This document shows, in pieces, positions 28,601-34,896 of a DNA stretch of 34,896 bases (position 1 is its first letter; each line of letters starts with the position of its first letter). The notes under the pieces were generated by a model. The model saw nothing but the letters and a program-made list of their open reading frames with translations. It was not told the origin of the DNA and did not search any database. This DNA is from Candidatus Latescibacterota bacterium (GTDB taxonomy: Bacteria > Latescibacterota > UBA2968): positions 1-34,896 of the forward strand of contig JAYODI010000007.1 in assembly GCA_038279365.1 (NCBI GenBank), read 5' to 3'. The translations under genes and the position numbers were made by a program.

Positions 28601-29272
28601 CTATTCCTTTGCATCCCCAAGCACCGTTGAACCAAAAAAATTGGCATCCAAATCAATCTCTGTGCCCACACGGCTGCCCACCATACCACGTGCACCCATA
28701 ATGTCAAAATCTTTCAGTGCAATTTTGAATTTTCCATTCACAACCAAGAAATCACCAGGAGCACGTTTTTTTGTTTTTTCCGATGCCAACAAATAAGTCA
28801 TCTCCACCGGAATTTTGATTTCCTTTGTCACACCATGCAAGGTAAAATGACCAACCGCCAGCGCTTGAATATCGGCTTTTACTGGGCTGGTTTTAACAGT
28901 TACACCCTCCAAGGCTTTTACTTCAAAAACAATATTTGAAAACGTTGCAACATCCAACCAATCTTTGCTATGCAAATGCTCATCGCGTTTTTTTATGCCC
29001 GTTTCCATGCTGGCCGTGCCCACCACAATACGTCCAACAGTTGCTTCTAAGTGTGTTGGATTAATTGTAATCTCACCCGAAATATCCGACGCTGTTCCAT
29101 GAATTTTTTCCATGGGAGCATCACTCACAAATTGTATTTGATTCTTCCCAACATCATTATTCAATTGAATGGTCTGAACCCCATCTACCGCCAATCCCAA
29201 AGCTGTCTCTGCATCAATTGGCGATGAAGAGATAAGCCCCAAACACACAAAAAACATCACACATCTTAACAT
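28601..29272 (-). CDS. YceI-family (polyisoprenoid/lipid-binding) periplasmic protein
   Basis: Signal peptide; METGIKKRDEHLHSKDWLDV, FTLHGVTKEI, LKDFDI. AGGGG SD. Confidence 0.88.
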   Translation of the reverse strand: MLRCVMFFVCLGLISSSPIDAETALGLAVDGVQTIQLNNDVGKNQIQFVSDAPMEKIHGTASDISGEITINPTHLEATVGRIVVGTASMETGIKKRDEHLHSKDWLDVATFSNIVFEVKALEGVTVKTSPVKADIQALAVGHFTLHGVTKEIKIPVEMTYLLASEKTKKRAPGDFLVVNGKFKIALKDFDIMGARGMVGSRVGTEIDLDANFFGSTVLGDAKE

Positions 29273-29315
29273 AAAGCCCCCTGTATTTCAAACACCTATC
29301 TTGTTATCCTCAACA

Positions 29316-29564
29316 TCACTTTGCTTTTTGGGTCTTGTATAACCCCAATACACCAACAGCAATTAAAACACCCGTCACAGGCCCAGCAATGTCCAACCCC
29401 AGCCAAAACCCATCTTGCCATTCAGTACTCTCAGTGCCAAACATTTCATCTACCACCACCACCTGCTGTTTGTCTTTTGAAAACACCTGTGCCCCATCAG
29501 ATACCCACTTGATGCTCACCCCCACAACCAAAACAAACGCAATGATACTGATGACTTTCCACAT
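29316..29564 (-). CDS. Small membrane protein (2 TM), unknown function
   Basis: GTG after GAGGA. Two hydrophobic helices flank the loop DEMFGTESTEWQDGFWLGLD. Confidence 0.7.
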   Translation of the reverse strand: MWKVISIIAFVLVVGVSIKWVSDGAQVFSKDKQQVVVVDEMFGTESTEWQDGFWLGLDIAGPVTGVLIAVGVLGLYKTQKAK

Positions 29565-29660
29565 AATATATCCTCAACAAAAGAACGGTCATCTCTATAA
29601 AATGATACGATCATCTCGCGCCGATGCCCAAGCAACTCTCCAACCAAACCCGATTCAAAA

Positions 29661-29682
29661 TGATAGCTGACTGCTGACTGCT
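29661..29682. repeat. Short heptamer tandem repeat (TGATAGC TGACTGC TGACTGC)
   Basis: Read directly, immediately downstream of the stop of the 29684..30832 gene. Confidence 0.5.
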
Positions 29683-29683
29683 C

Positions 29684-30832
29684 CTAATAAAACACATGCA
29701 CCTGTACGGCATATCGCCCAGAACGAAAGGTTTCGGTATCTAACAATCGGTACTCAGGTCGAATCTCAACTTGTGGCATAAGAAAAATTTGGCTACCCAA
29801 TACAGCTTGTTTGGTCACAATATCGATATCCGTTTGCCCCGTTCGTTTATTCGTTGTCTTACCCTGTTCTCCACGCACATAAAAAATCAAACCTGGTTTT
29901 GCTTGTAATGACACATCCACACTTACCGTGCGTGTATTGCGCAAGTTCTCTTTATCAGAAAAAGCCGTTTCTGCCATAATGGCCACACGATCTTGACGCC
30001 CCACACCACCAAACAAATTGGTCATTTGAAAATCGTTGTTCTTCAACAGTGACCCACCCACATAAAAATTCATCATTTGCGACAACCATTTAGGCCAAAA
30101 TACCACACGCCCCAAATAAGAGGGTTTATCGCGATCTTGAATCAATGACACGGGCTGCCCCACGGTCAAGACGTTATTTTCCGACAAGGCACGCGCACCA
30201 TAAACACCCGCAGTAACCGACAACCACAACTTGCGATAATAATGTAACTCCGCACCATATTCAGCATAATTAGGCGCAATAAGAGACGACGCACCTACCA
30301 CATCGGGGGTTTGGCGCACCAACATCGTATGGTCGTCATATCGCATGCCAATAGGGGGTTGGAAATGCCCCACCCGCAACATGGGCCAATCAAATGTGGG
30401 TTGATACATCAGCGAAGCTGTCCAAGCTTCTTGACCATCATAGCGTTTGGGACCAAAATTATAGGTTCCTTCAATTTTAATCGTCTGAGAAGGCCGCACC
30501 GTTGTGTAAAGGGCCGCCTGCATCGGAAAATATTTGCGCTCAGCATTTGGAGACACATGTGAGCGTGCCATCTGTGCACGAAAATCAGCCCCGACGAGCA
30601 CCTTGCCATTTGCAAATGCGGTGCGCCCAGGCAATGTTTGATTGGGTGCCAACAAACCAACGCCGTCCATGGCATATTGCCCCAACTCATCGCGTTGTGC
30701 GCCACCTTGCGTGGTGACATGACAGTTAATACATCGGTTGCCCGTCAACAATGCAAATTGAGCAGTCGCTTCAACTTGTTGCGACACCCCTATCACAATG
30801 ATGCCCAACAAAAATTTAATCAAAAACCGCAT
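29684..30832 (-). CDS. Outer-membrane beta-barrel protein with an N-terminal single heme-c motif (cytochrome-porin fusion)
   Basis: Signal peptide ending VEA; FALLTGNRCINCH (CxxCH at 30719-30733); porin-like RVGHFQPPIG and amphipathic strands; C-terminal VQVHVFY aromatic beta-signal. Confidence 0.78.
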   Translation of the reverse strand: MRFLIKFLLGIIVIGVSQQVEATAQFALLTGNRCINCHVTTQGGAQRDELGQYAMDGVGLLAPNQTLPGRTAFANGKVLVGADFRAQMARSHVSPNAERKYFPMQAALYTTVRPSQTIKIEGTYNFGPKRYDGQEAWTASLMYQPTFDWPMLRVGHFQPPIGMRYDDHTMLVRQTPDVVGASSLIAPNYAEYGAELHYYRKLWLSVTAGVYGARALSENNVLTVGQPVSLIQDRDKPSYLGRVVFWPKWLSQMMNFYVGGSLLKNNDFQMTNLFGGVGRQDRVAIMAETAFSDKENLRNTRTVSVDVSLQAKPGLIFYVRGEQGKTTNKRTGQTDIDIVTKQAVLGSQIFLMPQVEIRPEYRLLDTETFRSGRYAVQVHVFY

Positions 30833-31057
30833 AAGACCACCTATATGAAAACAATGCCATACTTTAAAAAATCAGAACAAGTAAATATAAAAAACAACCC
30901 ACAAATCCTTGGTCTAAAATCGAACGACCTATAATACTAAATTAGCCAGACATAATACAGGCGTCTGTGACATAATCACACACGCCAAAAAACATGCTAA
31001 AAGCAAAATTTTAAATGGCTTTCGTAAAATTAAACGTCAAACGTTCCTCAAAGTTCC

Positions 31058-31097
31058 AAAAAGAACGGCGCAAATCAATAGACTTGCACCGTTCTTT
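31058..31097 (-). terminator. Rho-independent terminator of the 31115..31849 gene
   Basis: Minus-strand RNA AAAGAACGGUGCAAGUC-uauu-GAUUUGCGCCGUUCUUUUU (two G-U pairs). Confidence 0.7.
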
Positions 31098-31114
31098 AAA
31101 CCCATTAGATATCT

Positions 31115-31849
31115 TTATATGCCTTCAAATTTAAACCTCGGATCCAATGTGACCAAGGCTTTTCCCAAGGCATTGACCCGCTGGCGATAATAATCAGCTC
31201 CCGTGCGCATCCAATCACTATATGCATCCAAAAATTGATTCCGCCCATCATATACATTTTCAAACTCAGGTGACTCTTGGGCTTTGCGCTGAATATGAAA
31301 GACTTCGCCATTTGAAAGACGTTTTAACAAGTTAAAATACGACACGCGCAAATGCATTAAAATGGTCATATACATTTCAAATCGTTCCGACAATTTTGCC
31401 ATCACATCTGCCACACCCGTTCTTTTGTGTTTAAATCGTTCATGGCAAGAGGAAGCATAGCGATAATATGTTTTACCACGCGACACGAGCGCCTCCTCAC
31501 TTTCTTCTGTAACCCCTCGCATGTCACCCAATGGATCAAAAATAGACGTTTTCATCAATGCAAAGTCTGCGTTCGAGCGATAAATATGATACTGCATGCC
31601 CAAACTCGCTTGTTTTTCTAATGCGGCCACCACATCCATCTCATAACGCGACACAAATTCGGCCTGGGCATCTCCAACGGCACACCCAATAAAACTATGC
31701 AATAAATTGGCCAAATATATATTGACATCTTCGTCATCTGTTGTCTCTTCGCCTGTTTCGATGCGAGACCGCAACAGGGCATCCAACATGAAAAACAAAG
31801 ATTCTTCCCGTTCATCATTGCCAACAATTTGATAAGGATAACTTTTCAC
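31115..31849 (-). CDS. Conserved hypothetical all-helical cytoplasmic protein
   Basis: GTG 31849 lies 7 nt after AGGAG. Motifs DVNIYLANLLHSF, NADFALMKTSIF, GKTYYRYAS and KLSERFEMY. Has its own terminator. Confidence 0.75.
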   Translation of the reverse strand: MKSYPYQIVGNDEREESLFFMLDALLRSRIETGEETTDDEDVNIYLANLLHSFIGCAVGDAQAEFVSRYEMDVVAALEKQASLGMQYHIYRSNADFALMKTSIFDPLGDMRGVTEESEEALVSRGKTYYRYASSCHERFKHKRTGVADVMAKLSERFEMYMTILMHLRVSYFNLLKRLSNGEVFHIQRKAQESPEFENVYDGRNQFLDAYSDWMRTGADYYRQRVNALGKALVTLDPRFKFEGI

Positions 31850-31990
31850 CACGGTTCTCCTTTCACAAAAGGGTGGAAACACTGCGTATTATTGGATGAA
31901 CAATATATAGAGTAATCCCATTGCCAAGTCAACACACAACACATTATTTAACAAATATTTAAACTAGCACTCTCTCTGTTGGCTGCCAAC

Positions 31991-32019
31991 AAAAAAGCCA
32001 ATGTGCACACATTGGCTTT
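31991..32019 (-). terminator. Rho-independent terminator of the 34189-32084 unit
   Basis: AAAGCCAATGTG (31994-32005) / CACATTGGCTTT (32008-32019), with an A run at 31991-31996 giving a U tail on the minus strand. Confidence 0.7.
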
Positions 32020-32083
32020 CATTTTTTTCAAAATGACAACAACATCTTATTCAAACCCATAAGGCCATCATCTGACAATGCAT

Positions 32084-32641
32084 TTAAAAACCAACACTCT
32101 GCCCATCCCCTGGACCTTGTTGCCCACCTAATATCACTTCACGCCCAGCCAAATCACTTAAGAAAATTTGCAGTCGAATAAGATGCACATTGCCTGCACC
32201 CATACGCATGTTCAAACCATTTAAAACGTCGGCAGACAAAAAATCAATATTGCTTTCAAAATAAGTAATGCCATCCAAATAATCATCAAAAGCAGCTTCT
32301 AATTCTTCAATGTGTAACCGGCGCAAATATGGGTTTTCAGGTCTTAAATCATAAAGTGTCGCCTTGATGGCATGAATGCGATGAATCATGTTAAGTGTAT
32401 ATTGACGCGTCCAATAAGGAGCCACCAAACCAGAAACAGCCTCACCTGTAACACCGCCATATTCTGTATAAAACACATTTACCGATGAAAATTCTCGATT
32501 GAGAATCCCGATATATGTTTCCAATTCTATGACAGGCACATTCTCAAATGTAATCTCTGTCGGTTCAGGTAGCGAAGTAACAGGGTTGGAAGAACCACAG
32601 CCCACCACCGCCAACAAAAAAATAAAACAATATCGTTTCAT
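32084..32641 (-). CDS. Hypothetical lipoprotein
   Basis: MKR, hydrophobic stretch, VVGC lipobox; helical mature domain. Confidence 0.72.
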   Translation of the reverse strand: MKRYCFIFLLAVVGCGSSNPVTSLPEPTEITFENVPVIELETYIGILNREFSSVNVFYTEYGGVTGEAVSGLVAPYWTRQYTLNMIHRIHAIKATLYDLRPENPYLRRLHIEELEAAFDDYLDGITYFESNIDFLSADVLNGLNMRMGAGNVHLIRLQIFLSDLAGREVILGGQQGPGDGQSVGF

Positions 32642-32685
32642 ATGTCATTTACCCCTATGACGCCATTTGGCCAAGTCATACCCAA

Positions 32686-33198
32686 TTACTTTTGATTCAT
32701 ATACACAAGTCGTCTTTGACGATAGCCTTCTGTATTTTTATGAAATTTTTCAATTTCTTCATCAACCAACAAACGCTTTGGTTTGGCGGGTACCCCTGCC
32801 ACCAACATACGCGGATCAATTTCAGCGCCTTCCAAAACCAATGCATGAGCAGCAATGAGCGCATCTTCACCCACCACAGCGCCATTTAAAACCGTTGCGC
32901 CCATACCAACAGTCACACCAGAAGCAATTTGGCAGCCATGTAAAATGGCATTGTGTCCTACCGTAACATTGTCCGCCACAGTACATGGATACCCAGGATC
33001 GGTATGCACAACACTGCCATCTTGAATATTAGATCCACGCCCAACCACAATTGGCTCACGATCACCCCGAATCACAGCATTAAACCAAATACTGACTTCT
33101 GCTTCTATGGTTACTTGGCCAATCAACACCGCACCAGGTGCCACATATGCCGTTTCGTGAATGCGAGGAATATGGCCTTCAAAAGGAATAATGGTCAT
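32686..33198 (-). CDS. Gamma-carbonic-anhydrase-like left-handed beta-helix protein (YrdA/PaaY family)
   Basis: SIWFNAVIRGD, SNIQDGSVVH, VTVGHNAILHGC (metal-ligand His residues), GVPAK. ATG 33198 lies 7 nt after the upstream stop. Confidence 0.92.
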   Translation of the reverse strand: MTIIPFEGHIPRIHETAYVAPGAVLIGQVTIEAEVSIWFNAVIRGDREPIVVGRGSNIQDGSVVHTDPGYPCTVADNVTVGHNAILHGCQIASGVTVGMGATVLNGAVVGEDALIAAHALVLEGAEIDPRMLVAGVPAKPKRLLVDEEIEKFHKNTEGYRQRRLVYMNQK

Positions 33199-33205
33199 AT
33201 CACGC

Positions 33206-34189
33206 TTACCGTTTTTTCCCTGCCTCGATGGGCCCCAAATCATATGTCTCGCCACTTTGTGTGGCTTTGGCCCCCCGAATCAAACCCGTTATAAAACCAA
33301 ATGCACCAAAAATGGCAGCGGCCCAAACCGCCGTTTCCTTCACATTGGCATTGGCTTGCCAAGCAGCAAATGCCCCCGTCAACGCGCCCATAGCGGCACC
33401 ACCAATACCTTGTATAATGGCTTGTCCGACGGCATTGGAACCCCGCTCACCAAAAAACTTTACTTGAGAAATATCATCCACCACAACTTTTTGAATACTC
33501 AAATCAGTTTCAATTAAAATACGGCCATCTTCAAAAACGGGTACAAACTCGCCTTTTAATTTTTTGCCATCTTTAAGAGTTACTTGGCCCGGAATTCGAA
33601 ATCGAACCGGAAAACGAGAGCGACTTTCTTCAAAAGAAATAGACTGATCTGTGTATTTCGGATACTCGGCATCTAAGGCCACCGCAGACGAATCACCAAT
33701 GGTATATTCACCCTTAATCACATCATTAAAATGTTCGACATATTCTCGTAACTTGCGCAACTCATTATCACTTTTTATGGGTATTAATCGGGCCTCAATG
33801 CGTGGTCCTGATCGATATTCTATTTTTAGTGCCAACCGCCCACTTTCTTGTTTCATAAATACTGCCGACTGAAACCCAGAAACACCCACCTTCAAAATAG
33901 ACAAATCCACTTTGCTCGTATATGTTGTGCCACCTTGAAACAGGGCATATCGATTGCTCTCTTCCAAGTCAATTTCACTGCCAACAGCAGGGCTCAAAAT
34001 AATCTGTTTGCCTTCTATACGACGCACATCCACAATAGACCACCCATCGCTTCCAGAAGATGTAATTGTGCGTATAAATTGTCCTTCGGATGTGTCTTCT
34101 TCCTCATCTGCCCAAACCGGACTCAGCATACCCAAATTGCAAACAGTAAAACAAACAGCAGTAACCAACGCAACAGTTCTTCTAAACAT
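33206..34189 (-). CDS. Hypothetical exported protein with C-terminal glycine-zipper-like membrane helices
   Basis: ATG 34189 after GGGAGA; signal peptide ending VWA; Sm/LSM-like segment VTLKDGKKLKGEF...VDDISQVKF; GIGGAAMGALTGAFA...GAFGFITG. Confidence 0.72.
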   Translation of the reverse strand: MFRRTVALVTAVCFTVCNLGMLSPVWADEEEDTSEGQFIRTITSSGSDGWSIVDVRRIEGKQIILSPAVGSEIDLEESNRYALFQGGTTYTSKVDLSILKVGVSGFQSAVFMKQESGRLALKIEYRSGPRIEARLIPIKSDNELRKLREYVEHFNDVIKGEYTIGDSSAVALDAEYPKYTDQSISFEESRSRFPVRFRIPGQVTLKDGKKLKGEFVPVFEDGRILIETDLSIQKVVVDDISQVKFFGERGSNAVGQAIIQGIGGAAMGALTGAFAAWQANANVKETAVWAAAIFGAFGFITGLIRGAKATQSGETYDLGPIEAGKKR

Positions 34190-34234
34190 TGCAATTCTCC
34201 CTAAAAAGTCCGGCAAAAATGTAAACCATAGCTC

Positions 34235-34263
34235 AATGTAATGTGCACAAAGACAAGCGTCAA
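34235..34263 (-). promoter_or_regulatory. Putative sigma70 promoter
   Basis: Minus strand TTGACG (34263-34258), 17-nt spacer, TACATT (34240-34235). Confidence 0.55.
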
Positions 34264-34341
34264 GATACAATCAAGGGCTAAAGTATGTGAAACGCAACAC
34301 GGGCTGTCTCTTTAAATGCCTGAAAGGTCACATAGATCCAT

Positions 34342-34371
34342 AAAAAAAGCCCGATGACACGATCATCGAAC
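34342..34371 (-). terminator. Putative terminator after the 34373..34813 gene
   Basis: Minus-strand RNA GUUCGAUGA-ucgug-UCAUCGGGC followed by U7. Confidence 0.55.
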
Positions 34372-34372
34372 C

Positions 34373-34813
34373 TCACGCAACCTCTAACCCCACCAGCATA
34401 TAAGTAATCACACTCACCACATAAAACGTCAACCCCAAAACCAACAATGTCAATTCAATGCGAAACAGTCGGGTCTTTTGATTGCGATAAGCAATCATGT
34501 CTTGAAGCACAGCCTCTGCATCACCTTGCCCGATTTGGGTCAACCATCGAATGCGCAAGGTGCCCCCCAAAGTCACCACAACAGCAGCCAAAACAAAAAC
34601 CAAACCCAAAATCATTGCATATTGAGATACAACATTGCTGGCCGCAATCTTTGGCCCAGAAAAACCCGTAATTGTGAGGGTCAGTGTCGCCAAAGTGAGC
34701 ATCATATGGGTGCGAGCCTGCAACACATCAAACTGATGGGTAATCACCTGTTGGCAAGCCGTCAAATTGGAAAAGCGCACCAACAAAGACCGAGCCTCTT
34801 CAAGGGGTAGCAT
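34373..34813 (-). CDS. Hypothetical membrane protein (about 3 TM)
   Basis: 146-aa ATG ORF after GAGGG. Hydrophobic helices; motifs TLTITGFSG, RIRWLTQ and YRNQKT. Confidence 0.72.
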   Translation of the reverse strand: MLPLEEARSLLVRFSNLTACQQVITHQFDVLQARTHMMLTLATLTLTITGFSGPKIAASNVVSQYAMILGLVFVLAAVVVTLGGTLRIRWLTQIGQGDAEAVLQDMIAYRNQKTRLFRIELTLLVLGLTFYVVSVITYMLVGLEVA

Positions 34814-34896
34814 CTATTGCCCTCTCATTTCATACAATGGCAAAACCAAGTCATAAACACTTAAACGCCAAGCTCAAAACATTCACCATCTGCCAT

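Noticed and set aside
29684-30832. Firm call as the Cyc2 iron oxidase
   Set aside because: Key Cyc2 residues (PxFAR, PxL) are not conserved, so only the architecture is supported.

Overview
Bacterial chromosomal window from a diderm organism. An FCB-superphylum or Latescibacterota-like origin is my low-confidence impression. I found no rRNA, tRNA, CRISPR array or mobile element. Left end (minus strand): a fatty acyl-CoA reductase and a divergent PlsC-like acyltransferase. They are transcribed back-to-back with a long plus-strand run: ndk-yceD-rpmF-fabH-fabD-fabG-acpP-fabF-rnc-lipM-like, with no plsX. That run continues, with no clear terminator, into an uncharacterised cluster (about 11.4-18.7 kb): two small proteins, a GlmL/MutL-family ASKHA ATPase with no B12 enzyme nearby, a lipoyl-like barrel-sandwich/KOW protein and four membrane proteins. 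The four membrane proteins appear to form two remotely paralogous pairs with inverted topology. This is the best candidate for an undescribed system. Next come orphan OppD/OppF ATPases, a zinc-peptidase/beta-propeller/Omp85 fusion, a UbiA-family DPPR-synthase-like gene and a DUF58 gene. Right end (minus strand): an AGXT2-like class III aminotransferase; a candidate envelope redox module (monoheme CxxCH-porin fusion with Cyc2-like architecture, small membrane protein, YceI, Tat-exported Rieske lipoprotein); a gamma-carbonic-anhydrase-like gene; and several hypothetical genes. All family assignments come from motif recognition by eye, not database searches.
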